Shown here: piece by piece, positions 19,692-31,113 of the stretch | Numbering within the stretch: the stretch's first letter is position 1 | Layout of the letters: each line of letters opens with the position of its first letter | Assembly (NCBI GenBank): GCA_965203315.1 | Contig: CBDBCE010000004.1 | Span: 160,001-224,000, forward strand | DNA from: Nitrosopumilus sp. | GTDB taxonomy: Archaea; Thermoproteota; Nitrososphaeria; Nitrososphaerales; Nitrosopumilaceae | DNA length: 64,000 nt | Reading direction: 5' to 3' | Made by a program: the position numbers and the translations under genes | The notes under the pieces: generated by a model | What the model was told of the DNA's origin: nothing | Databases searched by the model: none | What the model saw: the letters and a program-made list of their open reading frames with translations, nothing else

Positions 19692-20960
19692 TTAACTTGT
19701 TATTTCGCCGATCAGTCCATTGACAGTCGCATCTGTGATCTTAATGTTACGAGATTCACCTATCTCTGTGCCCTCTCTCACGAATATGGGCTTGTACGCA
19801 TAGTTCCGTCCCTTGATTCCCTGTTCTGCATGTTCATCAAAGATGACTTTGCCTGTCCACCCAATCCATCTCTTGTTACTTGCAAGACTGATCTCAGTAA
19901 TCTTGTCATATAGTATCTTACTTCTACGTTTGACCTCTCTCGTATCTAATTGCGACCATGTCGCTGCTTCTGTACCTGGTCTAGCACTGTATCTTGAAAG
20001 GTTGACTACATCCGGTCTAGTCTCATCTAATAGGTGGAGCGTTGCCTCAAAGTCATCAATCGTCTCTGATGGAAATCCAACTATGATATCGGTAGAGATG
20101 GTAAACTGTTCAAATCTAGATCGAATATCTCGTACAACTTTACGATATGTCTCTGCTGTATGTCCACGTTTCATATCGTGCAAGACTCTATCACTACCAC
20201 TCTGAACTGGTATGTGTAGAAACTTGAATACTTTATTATTCGTAAACGAGTCCAATAGTCGTCCCTTGATTCGTGGCATATACATTGGATTCATCATTCC
20301 GATGCGGAGCACAAAATCTCTAGGTATTGATACAACATCATTTATGAGCGATGGTAGATCAGTGCCAATATCAAATCCATAACAACCATTATCTGTAGAT
20401 GAGAGCCAGATCTCTCGACAACCTTGTTTCAACTCTTCTTGTACTTGTCTTACAATATCACCTTGTCGATAGCTGACAAGATCTCCCTTTGCAATCTTTG
20501 TTTGACAGAATGTACACTCGCTCATACACCCACTTGCAATCTCTATTATTCCAATTGCTGGATTGAGTCTGATCTTTGGTAGACCGATTTTAGTTACATC
20601 CGAATCTGCAAGCAATATCTCTCTACGACCATCTAGAGTTGAGTTGATCACTTGGAGCGTCTTTCCAAGAGAGCTTGGACCCAACATGCTTGCGTCTTTA
20701 GTGAACTTTTCCACGGTATCTTGCTCTGCTTTTGGTAGGCATCCTGCAACAACCAGTGGCTTTGATCCGAGAGATTTGATTCGGTGGATCATTTTGTTTG
20801 CTGTCGCATCTTTGACAGAGCACGTCACGATGATATTCAGATCAGACTCTGAATCGTTATCGACTAGAGTGTGTCCACCATTCTGTGCAAGTCCAGATAT
20901 CATCTCCGAGTCTGCAAAACTTGCCGCGCAGCCATATGCTTCGACAAAGATCTTGGCCAT
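19692..20960 (-). CDS. tRNA methylthiotransferase (MiaB-like radical SAM, e-MtaB/CDKAL1 type)
   Basis: UPF0004 YGC...TCSV...AGC; GCMSECTFC radical SAM motif; HIPVQSGS; TDIIVGFP; C-terminal TRAM. Confidence 0.9.
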   Translation of the reverse strand: MAKIFVEAYGCAASFADSEMISGLAQNGGHTLVDNDSESDLNIIVTCSVKDATANKMIHRIKSLGSKPLVVAGCLPKAEQDTVEKFTKDASMLGPSSLGKTLQVINSTLDGRREILLADSDVTKIGLPKIRLNPAIGIIEIASGCMSECTFCQTKIAKGDLVSYRQGDIVRQVQEELKQGCREIWLSSTDNGCYGFDIGTDLPSLINDVVSIPRDFVLRIGMMNPMYMPRIKGRLLDSFTNNKVFKFLHIPVQSGSDRVLHDMKRGHTAETYRKVVRDIRSRFEQFTISTDIIVGFPSETIDDFEATLHLLDETRPDVVNLSRYSARPGTEAATWSQLDTREVKRRSKILYDKITEISLASNKRWIGWTGKVIFDEHAEQGIKGRNYAYKPIFVREGTEIGESRNIKITDATVNGLIGEITS

Positions 20961-20962
20961 AT

Positions 20963-22324
20963 CTATCTGAACAATGAGTCGATCTCTCTGTTGGTCATTA
21001 TGCCACTCGATGTCACGATCTCTCTGATAGTCTTACCTGTCTTTAATGACTCTTTGAAAAGTTCCGCTGATTTTAGATATCCTATCTTGGGTGTCAAGAG
21101 TGTGACTATCACGGGACTATTCTCGATATCTGCTTTTAGTTTGGATTCGTTCGCGTCTAGACCGTCAATAAGATTTTTAGTAAATATGGGCAAAAAGTTT
21201 GTGAGCATGTCTGTGGATTCTAGGACACATTTGAGCATTCCAGGCAACATTACGTTTAGCTCAAATTGACCACTCTGAGCAGCAAAAGATACTGAAGTAT
21301 CGTTACCGATTATGTTGAAACATATCATGTTCATACATTCAGCTAAAGATGGATTTACTTTACCTGGCATTATCGACGACCCTGCATGGACTGCAGGTAT
21401 CTCTAACTCTGCCAATCCTGCAATTGGACCTGATGCCATCAGTCTAATATCATTTGCGATCTTGCCAAGTTCTAGTGCAAGGTTTCGAAGTGCACTTGAT
21501 GTCTTTGTTATTGCATATCTACTTTGTAGTCCATGCTGCATGTCGGACTCTGGACGTAGTGAGAGTTTTGAGATCTTTGCAAGTTCTGTTATGACAATCT
21601 TGCGATATCCTTTTGGTGTGTTGGCTCCTGTGCCTACAGCTGTTCCTCCCAACGATACATAGTTTAACATCTGTTGAGCTGAGGTGATGTCGTCACGTGC
21701 TTTGGTCATAGATGTGGCAAATGCGTGGAATTCACTACCAAGTGTTACTGGAAGTGCATCCATCAAATGAGTACGACCGATCTTTTTGAACTCTGCAAAT
21801 TGTTTTGATTTCTTTACCAGCGATTGTATCAACTCGTTGATGATGGGAATCATCACATTCAAACTCAAGAGAATAGCAACATGCATTGCGGTAGGATAGG
21901 TATCGTTGCTTGACTGGGACATGTTTACATGATCATTTGGATGAAGAAATTGATACTGACCCTTCTTTTTGTGCATTATTTCTAGAGCCAGATTTGCGAC
22001 AACTTCATTGGCATTCATATTAAACGCAGTACCTGCTCCCGAGTTTATCATGTCTACCACAAACTGATCAACATGTTTACCATCTAGAATCATATCGCAT
22101 GCAGCGATGATTGCGCCCCCTTGTTCTGAGTCGATCGTTTTGGTCTTCATGTTGGCAACTGCAGCAGAACGCTTTATCATCACAAAAGACTTTATCAGAT
22201 TTGGATGTGCCATACGACCTGTTACACAATACTGTTTGATCGCTCTACCTGTGAAAGCTCCATAGTATGCATTATGTGGTATCTCTACTACACCAAGCGA
22301 GTCTTCGTCTCTACGAAATCTCAT
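20963..22324 (-). CDS. Aspartate ammonia-lyase / class II fumarate hydratase
   Basis: GSSIMPGKVNP signature, KIGRTHLMDA, HPNDHVNMSQSSND. Confidence 0.9.
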   Translation of the reverse strand: MRFRRDEDSLGVVEIPHNAYYGAFTGRAIKQYCVTGRMAHPNLIKSFVMIKRSAAVANMKTKTIDSEQGGAIIAACDMILDGKHVDQFVVDMINSGAGTAFNMNANEVVANLALEIMHKKKGQYQFLHPNDHVNMSQSSNDTYPTAMHVAILLSLNVMIPIINELIQSLVKKSKQFAEFKKIGRTHLMDALPVTLGSEFHAFATSMTKARDDITSAQQMLNYVSLGGTAVGTGANTPKGYRKIVITELAKISKLSLRPESDMQHGLQSRYAITKTSSALRNLALELGKIANDIRLMASGPIAGLAELEIPAVHAGSSIMPGKVNPSLAECMNMICFNIIGNDTSVSFAAQSGQFELNVMLPGMLKCVLESTDMLTNFLPIFTKNLIDGLDANESKLKADIENSPVIVTLLTPKIGYLKSAELFKESLKTGKTIREIVTSSGIMTNREIDSLFR

Positions 22325-22508
22325 ATAGCATTGAGAAAACTCTTTCCTTTTATTCATTCTTTTTCAACCCTTTTGTACACTTGTTTCTATATCTTGTTGC
22401 TTTGAGATTCGGAGAAAAGTAATTGATACTGCTCTCTAACTATTCATGTCAAAAATAAATCCTCTATAGATCAATTATTATATATATGAGTCAATACTTG
22501 TGTCGTTA

Positions 22509-23930
22509 ATGAATAAGCGTGTTAGTATGCTTCTTACAATTGCAGCTGTAACTGTAATGGGAGCAACCTTATTCGGAAGCACATACACACAAACACAACT
22601 AAGCACTCAGACATTTGACATCAATAAATTGGATGCAGAGATCGCTGATCAGATTCATCAGATGGGTGGTCTAAAACTTGTAATGCCTGAAGCCTTTGCG
22701 GAAACAGATTGTGGAGCACTAGAGTCATCCGGTAGAACCGTACATGACTTTCAGTTAACTGGTGAGACCGTTGAACTTCCAATAATGGGAGGCAAGACGT
22801 ACAATGCTATGACCTTTAGTGGTCAGGTCCCAGGACCAACCATTAGAGTAACACAAGGTGACGTCATAAAGATGACTCTGACAATTCCAGAGACTGAACT
22901 TACGGCACACGGAAATGACATGCATGCATCACAAATGTCATCTGCAAACTTTGGTGCAGTATTTCCAGGTGAATCAGCTATGTACTGTTACATTGCAGAG
23001 TCTGCTGGAACATTCAAGTATCATTGTTCTGGCATTGACCTTGCAGCAATGGACCAACATGTCTTATCTGGGATGCATGGAATGGCTATAGTCGATCCAC
23101 TCGGTGGTTACAAGAAACTGATGGTTGAAAAGACCGCTATGCGTGATGGCAATGTCGTCTTGGATCGAAAGTTTTACGATCCTGATGCACTAGAGTTCCA
23201 ACTCCAGTACAGTCAACTATACCTAGACGATAACGGTAACTATAACGCAGTCAAAATGGCTATGCATCACAACGAACAAACTACTGTCAATGGAATGGCG
23301 TTCAGCTATGTACCAAACATGGCACACAACCTCCTCATCAACGGTGACGCAAACAAGAATATCTTTGTTGCACAACCATGGAATGGACTCGAACTGAAAC
23401 AGTACCAATCACAACTCTTGTTTGTTGAGAACGATCAACATGTGAGACTCTTTATTGAGAATCAAGCCAACGAACCAGTATACTTCCACATTGTAGGTGA
23501 GATACTAGATAGAGTTGTACAAGGCAATAGAATTCAATCTGCCGCAACCGAGACATGGATGCTTGGTGGTTCGCAAGGAATGATAGTCGATCTTGTGTTT
23601 GATGAGCCCGGAACATATGCCGCAGTCAATCACGACTATGCAGCAATATACAGTGGGGCCGCTACCGTATTTGTAGCAGGTGATCCATTCAACCTGAATC
23701 CCACTTTAGTGGATCTAGGAATCATTGAATCTCCAGTAGCATCATATGCATATGTACTAGGAAATCCAAGTGACGCAGTTCCACCTATGGGTATGAACAG
23801 TATCAAACATCCTGCAATCAACATACATGGATTGTATACTGATGAAGTAGTTTCCGAAATGCAAGCAAGTGGAGATTATGTTGCACTATGGGAAGTAATT
23901 CCTGGTGTTGCTGAAATGCTCACTTCTTGA
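22509..23930 (+). CDS. nirK: Copper-containing nitrite reductase, AOA-type multicopper protein
   Basis: TFSGQVPGPTIRVTQGD, HGNDMH, YHC....MDQHVLSGM (T1 Cu), FHIVGEI, AVNHD; N-terminal signal/anchor. Confidence 0.88.
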   Translation: MNKRVSMLLTIAAVTVMGATLFGSTYTQTQLSTQTFDINKLDAEIADQIHQMGGLKLVMPEAFAETDCGALESSGRTVHDFQLTGETVELPIMGGKTYNAMTFSGQVPGPTIRVTQGDVIKMTLTIPETELTAHGNDMHASQMSSANFGAVFPGESAMYCYIAESAGTFKYHCSGIDLAAMDQHVLSGMHGMAIVDPLGGYKKLMVEKTAMRDGNVVLDRKFYDPDALEFQLQYSQLYLDDNGNYNAVKMAMHHNEQTTVNGMAFSYVPNMAHNLLINGDANKNIFVAQPWNGLELKQYQSQLLFVENDQHVRLFIENQANEPVYFHIVGEILDRVVQGNRIQSAATETWMLGGSQGMIVDLVFDEPGTYAAVNHDYAAIYSGAATVFVAGDPFNLNPTLVDLGIIESPVASYAYVLGNPSDAVPPMGMNSIKHPAINIHGLYTDEVVSEMQASGDYVALWEVIPGVAEMLTS

Positions 23931-23984
23931 GTTTCCTCTCTTCTTTTTATTTTTGATGCGATCTAGATTGTTATGTGTGTAGAG

Positions 23985-25127
23985 TCAAGCGTGCTCTACT
24001 CTAATGTGAATCTTTTCACCCCTCACCAAGTCTTGGTATATGGTCTTTGTCTTGTAACCGTGTTGATAGAGATATCCATTCAATATCGATATCCACGGCA
24101 TCGAGTGTCTGCTATTGAGCCTTGACTCTGCTGTAATGTTATTCTTTGACTCGAGATGAATATGACCAGAACATGTGATTTGAAGTAATGCATCGACAAT
24201 ATCAAATATCTCGTCTAGCGTTCTAGAACTCAGTGTTATTCCATTTGCTGCAAGTAGATCAATCATATTTGTCTCGCTCTTTGTCGTATCCAACATAAAT
24301 GGCAGACCTGACTCTGTTACAATCTTGATTATCTTGCAGATCTCTTGAACATCACTCTCCGTCATATCGACTAACGCTCTGGTCTCTATCGCACTCTCCC
24401 AGATACTCGTAAACATGTGGGATTGTGTCGTTCCCAAGATATCTGTTGATGGAAATATTGCCCCTTTACCATCATCACTGTTTATTAGTAAAACCTCTGT
24501 CTCATCAAAGATAAAGCAGTTTTGTACAATATCTGAACCACGCACATCGACAGCACTTGGAATCTTCTTAAATGCTTCAGAACCAATCGATGATGAAGGA
24601 ATAATTACTTTTATGTCGAGATCTCTACGTAGGGTTGCTAGTATGGTTGTTCTACACTCTGCGATCAGTCCAAGACCAAACTGATCTACAATTATCTTGA
24701 TCGATCTCTTTGTGCCTTCGATCATTGTTTGGAGTTGAACTAGTATGTTGTTGGCTGATATGTGAAAATACCTCTTCTCCTCGGAGCCTTTAGATCTCCT
24801 ACTCTTTTCACTCGCTTTCTTTAGATCAGAAACAAGAGAGTTCATTGCGTTTACTTTGTTGATCTGCTCATGAATGGTTTTATCAAATGCATTTTCTGGA
24901 GCAACTGCTGTACACATGATCGGTTTACTTTGCGAGATTACGATTAGATTCTTTGCTACTAGCTTTTTTATTGTCGAGTATGCCTTTGGTCTAGGTATAT
25001 TCGAATAGTATGCAAGCTCACTTGCAGAGATTGTGCCATTTGTGACCAACGATACATATGCCTGTGCCTCATATTTGCCAAGCCCAAACTCCTCCAAGCT
25101 GACTGCTAGTGCATTCTCATCTGCCAT
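23985..25127 (-). CDS. TrmB family transcriptional regulator
   Basis: FGLGKYEAQAYVSL...ASELAYYSNIPRPKAY wHTH followed by PLD-like effector domain. Confidence 0.88.
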   Translation of the reverse strand: MADENALAVSLEEFGLGKYEAQAYVSLVTNGTISASELAYYSNIPRPKAYSTIKKLVAKNLIVISQSKPIMCTAVAPENAFDKTIHEQINKVNAMNSLVSDLKKASEKSRRSKGSEEKRYFHISANNILVQLQTMIEGTKRSIKIIVDQFGLGLIAECRTTILATLRRDLDIKVIIPSSSIGSEAFKKIPSAVDVRGSDIVQNCFIFDETEVLLINSDDGKGAIFPSTDILGTTQSHMFTSIWESAIETRALVDMTESDVQEICKIIKIVTESGLPFMLDTTKSETNMIDLLAANGITLSSRTLDEIFDIVDALLQITCSGHIHLESKNNITAESRLNSRHSMPWISILNGYLYQHGYKTKTIYQDLVRGEKIHIRVEHA

Positions 25128-25256
25128 ATAATGACATTTGACATGGTTCTAAGTAATACGGATAGCCAAATTCCTTTACACATTTGCTTAAAAAAAATTC
25201 AAAAACTACAACACAGTCGTGCTTAAAGTTCTAGTAGCCTTGTTACCAGAGTAGCC

Positions 25257-25490
25257 CTAATCGCCCTTTCTGATCAGTGTGGACGTTGAACGCACGTTCT
25301 TTAGTTTCTGGATATTCCATGAGACGATCTCACGTATCTTTTCAAAGTTTTCAGCTTGAAGTTTGACTAGCATATCATGTGTTCCAATAGTCTCAAAGAC
25401 ATCGACCACATTCTCCATATCTTGAAGTTGGGTGATTATCTCTTCTTCGGCACCTAACTCACAATTCAACATGACATATGCATCAGTCAT
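25257..25490 (-). CDS. Stand-alone Lrp/AsnC ligand-binding (RAM) domain protein
   Basis: AYVMLNCELGAE...G.HDMLVKL...VRSTSTLI. Confidence 0.85.
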   Translation of the reverse strand: MTDAYVMLNCELGAEEEIITQLQDMENVVDVFETIGTHDMLVKLQAENFEKIREIVSWNIQKLKNVRSTSTLIRKGD

Positions 25491-25763
25491 GTTAGAGTTG
25501 TACGTAAATGATTATTTAAATATGGATAAATTTAGGTATAGCTCACTACGATTCAACATGATATGTACTCGCATTCTCATCTCTAGTTTATAGATCTGAT
25601 AACTTTGAGTGAATGGCGAGGAATCTAGTTTGTCAAGACAGCATGACACTCGTTTATGTCATCTCACAAACAGTCTCTCGATCAACGTAATCTGAATTTG
25701 AACGTACTAGAGTTATTGATTGTGTATTGTGAGTTGGTATGAGATATTACCATTCACTGTATG

Positions 25764-26168
25764 TCATCCACGTCCTGTAAGATAATAAACGACAGTCGAT
25801 ACGACTAGTACCCCAAAGATCAGTTGTAAAGCTAGAATGAATACATCTGGAATACCTAACAAAGTTAGAAACGAGAAAAAGTACGTTCCGCTTAACAACG
25901 ATAAGAGTTTCAAGACTGCATCATAGCTTGTCTGTGTAAAACCACTGATTTGTTCTAGTATGTTGCCATCATTATTGTCAAATGTAATGTTGCCTGCATT
26001 ACGAAAGTCGTCTGCATTCTCGGCAATAAACTCGCTTGGGGAAAAAGTCTCTCCTTGCAGTCCTGTAGGAACCATTCCTATTGGAGCCAAAACTAGTACC
26101 TCCGCTAAAAAGAAGCCTAGACTACACAGATACATGAATGAGACAAAAGTGATAGCAACAGGTCTCAT
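25764..26168 (-). CDS. Small membrane protein, hypothetical
   Basis: 134 aa from ATG 26168; one N-terminal and two C-terminal hydrophobic segments. Confidence 0.6.
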   Translation of the reverse strand: MRPVAITFVSFMYLCSLGFFLAEVLVLAPIGMVPTGLQGETFSPSEFIAENADDFRNAGNITFDNNDGNILEQISGFTQTSYDAVLKLLSLLSGTYFFSFLTLLGIPDVFILALQLIFGVLVVSTVVYYLTGRG

Positions 26169-26404
26169 CTCTGTTATTGTATGTACTATTATATAATATT
26201 CCTTGTATGCATTTAGACAAATCACAAATACTGCAAGTCTGTACTCGTAAAATCATCTCAGACAATCAGGCATGAATAACTCATCATGACACAACCAATA
26301 AAATTTAGAACATAATAAACTAGATGCTAGTTATCTCTACTCGTCATACGTTGAACGGTGAATCCTGTCTGTCTCTACAGTATAATCGTTTAATTGTTTA
26401 TGAC

Positions 26405-27040
26405 TTACCAGACTACATGTACTAGATCCTTTAGGTTACGTCTTGGTTTGGGAAATTTTGTTTGCTCTGGATATCCTATACATAGAACCGATGAAGGAAT
26501 GAGTTCCGTGTTTAACACATCCATGACTTTACGTTCATCAAACATGCCTATCCATATGGAGCTGAGACCTAATGCTTGAGCTGCTAATTGAGAATAGCCG
26601 GCAGCTAGCGTTGCATCCTGAATTGCAAATTTAGCTAGTATGTATTTATCAAAATCAAACTTTACTCGTGAAGGGTTTTTACAAAATACAAACACCACTG
26701 GCGCATTGACGTACGGTTGATTGTTACATGCAGCTACAAGCTGTTTCTTTTTTTCTACATCTTTTACATAAAATATCTCAAAACCTTGAAAATTACCTGC
26801 TGTTGGGGCTGTATCTGCTGCTGCAATTATTTTATCGATCTTTGCTGTTTCTACTGGTTTGGTAGAAAACTTTCTTGTTGATCTGCGCTTTGCCATGACT
26901 GCAAAGAGATCTGTATCGACCGTCTCGGTTGGCGCAGATTTTAATATAAAGTTCAATAACTGATTACGAATATCTGGATCTTCAGACTTTGGTACAGTCG
27001 TTGGTGTATATCCGAGCGGATATATCTTTTCTTCAACCAT
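26405..27040 (-). CDS. Nitroreductase family protein
   Basis: KRRSTRKFS, APTAGNFQ, GLSSIWIG, LCIGYP. Confidence 0.9.
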   Translation of the reverse strand: MVEEKIYPLGYTPTTVPKSEDPDIRNQLLNFILKSAPTETVDTDLFAVMAKRRSTRKFSTKPVETAKIDKIIAAADTAPTAGNFQGFEIFYVKDVEKKKQLVAACNNQPYVNAPVVFVFCKNPSRVKFDFDKYILAKFAIQDATLAAGYSQLAAQALGLSSIWIGMFDERKVMDVLNTELIPSSVLCIGYPEQTKFPKPRRNLKDLVHVVW

Positions 27041-27117
27041 GATAGTAATTCACACACATAGTATAATAGATTTGTCCAATTTCACCGTTCATTTTTGATA
27101 TTTCTGCTATGAATGGT

Positions 27118-27303
27118 TTACTCGGCGATAAAAGAGTCACAACCAGACATGCATGGTTTATTCATCACACCCTCACAAACTCCTTTAGCATCATGCATTA
27201 TGCGATGATGTCCACAAGTCTTACATTTTATCCTAAAATGTGCAATGATATCCGATAATGCAATATCTGCAAATCGAAGTTTGGATTCAATATCTTGAGT
27301 CAT
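27118..27303 (-). CDS. Small Cys/His-rich putative metal-binding protein
   Basis: CKTCGH..MH....C......C..GC..F pattern in 61 aa. Confidence 0.65.
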   Translation of the reverse strand: MTQDIESKLRFADIALSDIIAHFRIKCKTCGHHRIMHDAKGVCEGVMNKPCMSGCDSFIAE

Positions 27304-27663
27304 ATGTGATGTAATGACTGACGTATTTTTAAGCGTTAGATGCGATTCTTTTAACTAGGGCTGAGGCTCTACAACACATCTACAAAACACGTATTCGCAA
27401 ACCAAACGATCTAATGATCTACATGAGATTACATTATTTTCAGTTTATGAACAATTCACACGGATAAATTTTTTCAAGGATTTACAATGTTATCGATTCA
27501 CGCCAAGTTAAAAAATCAGTATGCCAATGGAGTGGCATTATGTACGCATAGAGGTTATTCTACACAACGACAAATTATTTGATAGATGAACAGTACGAGT
27601 TACCATAAATGCTAGTAATGTATTCTTGTTGTTCGTGTTAGATATATCTCTTGTATATTGCAA

Positions 27664-27746
27664 CGCCGGGAAAGGGATTCGAACCCCTGCACGCTTTCAC
27701 GTAGCCGTTTTCGAGACGGCCGCCTTAACCACTTGGCTACCCCGGC
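27664..27746 (-). tRNA. tRNA-Ser(CGA)
   Basis: GCCGGGGTAGCCAAGTGGTTAAGGCG; anticodon arm GCCGT-CTCGAAA-ACGGC; long variable arm; GGTTCGAATCC T-loop. Confidence 0.93.
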
Positions 27747-27798
27747 ATCTTTGTCTATACAAATACAATATAATAACACAAAGATCAACTACAGATCA

Positions 27799-28818
27799 AT
27801 GGGATTAAATCTAAAAGATCTAGTGGTACGGGAAAAGACAACCCTAGATGCATTTACCAACAGAGTGGTAGCAATTGATGCATATAATGCGATATATCAG
27901 TTTTTGGCGAGTATCAGAGGTCCTGACGGTCTGTTACTATCTGACGAACAAGGACGGACTACTAGTCATCTGAGCGGTCTGTTGTATAGAAACGTCAACT
28001 TTCTCTCACTTGGAATCAAACCGGTGTATGTATTTGACGGAAAGCCTCCATCACTTAAAGCGGCAGAGATTGAACGCAGACGCAAGATCAAGAACGACGC
28101 TGCTATAAAATACGCAAAAGCCATATCTGAAGGAAACATGACTGACGCATTCAAATATGCACAACAGACTACAAAGATGCAAGATGGAATGATCGAAGAG
28201 TCAAAGACCATACTAAAATATTTTGGAATTCCGTACATCGATGCACCATCAGAAGGTGAAGCAACATCTGCACATTTAACAAAGATGGGGTTAGCGCATG
28301 CATCTGCAAGTCAAGACTTTGATTCTGTACTCTGTGGTGCGGTAAAGCTGGTACGAAACTTTACAAATAGTGGCAGACGCAAGATCCCAAATAGAAATTC
28401 ATACATTGATGTCACACCTGAGATCATTGAGACTCAAAAGGTACTTGACTCTCTACAACTCTCACGTGAAGAGTTGGTAGATGTTGGAATATTGATCGGA
28501 ACTGACTTTAATCCCAACGGATTTGATCGGATAGGCCCCAAAACTGCCCTCAAGCTAATCAGACAACATAAACGGCTAGAAGACATTCCACAAATTCAAG
28601 AACAACTATCAGATATCAAATATGATGAGATACGTAAGATATTCCTCGATCCAGATGTCGCAGATATAGGCGAGATTGTATTTGATGAGATAGATTATGA
28701 CTCTATCATGTCATATCTAATAGAGTATGGTTTCTCCAAAGATCGAGTCGAGATTACGTTAAGTCGGTTACAAAAAGCACAAGCTAGAAAGAGTCAAAAT
28801 CTTGATCAATGGCTCTGA
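27799..28818 (+). CDS. fen: Flap endonuclease 1
   Basis: [45 protein letters not shown]; C-terminal PIP box QNLDQWL. Confidence 0.96.
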   Translation: MGLNLKDLVVREKTTLDAFTNRVVAIDAYNAIYQFLASIRGPDGLLLSDEQGRTTSHLSGLLYRNVNFLSLGIKPVYVFDGKPPSLKAAEIERRRKIKNDAAIKYAKAISEGNMTDAFKYAQQTTKMQDGMIEESKTILKYFGIPYIDAPSEGEATSAHLTKMGLAHASASQDFDSVLCGAVKLVRNFTNSGRRKIPNRNSYIDVTPEIIETQKVLDSLQLSREELVDVGILIGTDFNPNGFDRIGPKTALKLIRQHKRLEDIPQIQEQLSDIKYDEIRKIFLDPDVADIGEIVFDEIDYDSIMSYLIEYGFSKDRVEITLSRLQKAQARKSQNLDQWL

Positions 28819-29060
28819 TCTGATTCACTAGTCCTGAGATACTCTTCGAATATATTATCCAACTCGTTGTCATCCTTGCATGTCTGTAACTGCGATACTA
28901 GTGACTGCTCTTCTATCTCGTAACAGTTCAGCATAGATTGTGCATCCTTGTATACTAGATATGCCTTGGACTTGAAGATACAATAATAGATCTGCTCTAT
29001 CTTTAAGAGTTCGGGCTGTATATGTACTCCATTATCATCAGCAGATACTGGATATACCAT
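28806..29060 (-). CDS. Conserved hypothetical protein
   Basis: Clean 84-aa ORF ([11 protein letters not shown]...LNCYEIEE) between fen and dinB. Confidence 0.65.
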   Translation of the reverse strand: MVYPVSADDNGVHIQPELLKIEQIYYCIFKSKAYLVYKDAQSMLNCYEIEEQSLVSQLQTCKDDNELDNIFEEYLRTSESDQSH

Positions 29061-29108
29061 GACATCATCAAGTTTGCTTATTATTTAGAGTAAACCATCT
29101 ATAATACA

Positions 29109-30197
29109 ATGAATAGGATCATACTACACATTGACTTTGATTACTTTTACGCTCAGTGCGAAGAGATACGTGGACATGGTCTGAAAACCAAACCTGTATG
29201 CGTATGCGTCTTTTCTGATAGAGGTACAGATACCGGCGCAATTGCTACTGCAAATTATATAGCACGCAAGTTTGGAGTAAAGTCAGGCATATCAATATCT
29301 GCTGCAAAGAAGAGACTTGAAGGTCATGATGCAGTATTTCTTCCAGTTGATTTTGATTATTACGACAACATGTCGCAGAATGCTATGACTCTAATTCAAC
29401 AACACGCTGATATATTTGAGTATGTTGGAAGGGATGAAGCATATCTTGATGTTTCACAGAGTACCGAGTTTAGCTTTAAACGGGCTGCACATCTAGCACA
29501 ACAGATAAAAAATGAACTACGTACAAACATTGGACTATGCAGCTCAATTGGTATATCTCCAAACAAGTTGCTCTCAAAGATAGCATCCGACTATCAAAAA
29601 CCAGATGGTCTCACGATTGTTACACCGGCCATTGTTCGATCCTTTCTTGATCCTTTAACGATACGAAAGATTCCTGGTATCGGCAGAAAGACTGAAAGTC
29701 TGCTTGCTGGCATGAATTTGAAGACCATTAAAGATTTATCCAGAATTAGTGTATTTGAATTGTACAAGCAGCTTGGTCGCAAGACTGGCACGTACATATA
29801 CAATGCAGCAAAGGGTATTGACGATGAACCAGTTAAACCACGCGCCCCACGCATTCAATATAGTAAGATCACAACTCTGAAATCAGATACAGTCGACTAT
29901 GATACACTATGTGATGTTATGAGTGATATCTGCGATAAACTATATCAGATTATACTAGACAATAGCAAGGTCTTCAAAGCAATAGGAATCCATTTTATCC
30001 AATCAGATATGACATCTAGAACAAAATCCAAGACGCTAAAGAATCCTACTTGTAGCAAGAGTGAACTGAAACGAGCAGCTGATGATCTACTTAAAGCTGC
30101 ACTCGTAGATCAAAAGACTCCTATACGTAGGCTAGGAGTAAGGATATCTGATTTGAGTGATGCGGCAGGACAACAAGATATTACTAGATATTTTTAG
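29109..30197 (+). CDS. dinB: Y-family DNA polymerase IV (Dpo4/DinB)
   Basis: HIDFDYFYAQCE, ATANYIAR.FGVKSG, DEAYLD, SKIASD.QKPDG, IPGIG. Confidence 0.93.
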   Translation: MNRIILHIDFDYFYAQCEEIRGHGLKTKPVCVCVFSDRGTDTGAIATANYIARKFGVKSGISISAAKKRLEGHDAVFLPVDFDYYDNMSQNAMTLIQQHADIFEYVGRDEAYLDVSQSTEFSFKRAAHLAQQIKNELRTNIGLCSSIGISPNKLLSKIASDYQKPDGLTIVTPAIVRSFLDPLTIRKIPGIGRKTESLLAGMNLKTIKDLSRISVFELYKQLGRKTGTYIYNAAKGIDDEPVKPRAPRIQYSKITTLKSDTVDYDTLCDVMSDICDKLYQIILDNSKVFKAIGIHFIQSDMTSRTKSKTLKNPTCSKSELKRAADDLLKAALVDQKTPIRRLGVRISDLSDAAGQQDITRYF

Positions 30198-31113
30198 TCT
30201 CATTTTCAAGTCGTTTGAGCCGTCTAGATTCTATAACTATCACAACTAGAATAAACCCAAAGAGCCATGGCAAAAACATTATCTCTCCTGCAATTTTGTG
30301 ATACTCTTCCCACGCAACAGGATCTGTTGTAACTTTGAGTGCATACCATGATAGTGAAAATATTCTGATTAGATTCACAATGACGGTTCCAACAATGCCG
30401 ATCAGAAAGTAAATGATCTTGCGACGTCTCTGTATGTTCATCTTTAGCATAAATGCTCCTATAACTAGTGAGAATATTATGATGCTATGTACTCCTGCTG
30501 ATGGCCAAAATACTTGAAGTGCCATAGAACCATGTTCACCACGTAGGAACATTATGTTATCTCGTGCAATGGCGGTTCCAAGATCTAGTGTTGTAATGAC
30601 CCAGACATTTGTTTGTACAAAGTATGGTACAACGTATTGTAGTGGTCCAAGTGTATCGTATGGAAAGAATGCATCCAGAGATAATATTATTGCAGTTCCT
30701 GACAAGAATATCGGAGCTGCCGGAGCAATCCGTATCCAACGTCTACCAAAGAGTATGGTTAGCGCAGAGACCACAAAGATTGACATTATTACATAGTCCC
30801 ACATCCATGTCCATGAATCAATCAATTGAACATCAAAGTTTACTGCACTAGATACGATATAGTCGCGCAGACCATACTCTAGTGTTGTTAGATATGCGAT
30901 GGTACCAAGCACAAACGGTATAATGTACACTAGACGCTGTTTGGATATTACAAGTCGGAGTCCAACCATCTCTGCTATCAAAAAGACAAGTCCAAAGAGA
31001 TAGCCTCCTCGACCCTCATTCCAACTCCATGCAATGGACTCTGGGAATGCAACAATTGCGTATGTGATTGGAGTAGAAGCTAAAATGATACCTAGTATGA
31101 GACTCGGATGCAT
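30184..31113 (-). CDS. Thaumarchaeosortase (exosortase/archaeosortase family)
   Basis: Multi-TM; VFWPSAGVHS (Ser at the usual catalytic Cys), VNLIRI, EEYH catalytic-triad positions. Confidence 0.82.
   Translation of the reverse strand: MHPSLILGIILASTPITYAIVAFPESIAWSWNEGRGGYLFGLVFLIAEMVGLRLVISKQRLVYIIPFVLGTIAYLTTLEYGLRDYIVSSAVNFDVQLIDSWTWMWDYVIMSIFVVSALTILFGRRWIRIAPAAPIFLSGTAIILSLDAFFPYDTLGPLQYVVPYFVQTNVWVITTLDLGTAIARDNIMFLRGEHGSMALQVFWPSAGVHSIIIFSLVIGAFMLKMNIQRRRKIIYFLIGIVGTVIVNLIRIFSLSWYALKVTTDPVAWEEYHKIAGEIMFLPWLFGFILVVIVIESRRLKRLENETKNI

Noticed and set aside
27658-27798. N-terminal extension of FEN1 in the ORF track
   Set aside because: It is the antisense of tRNA-Ser; the conserved start is MGLNLK at 27799.
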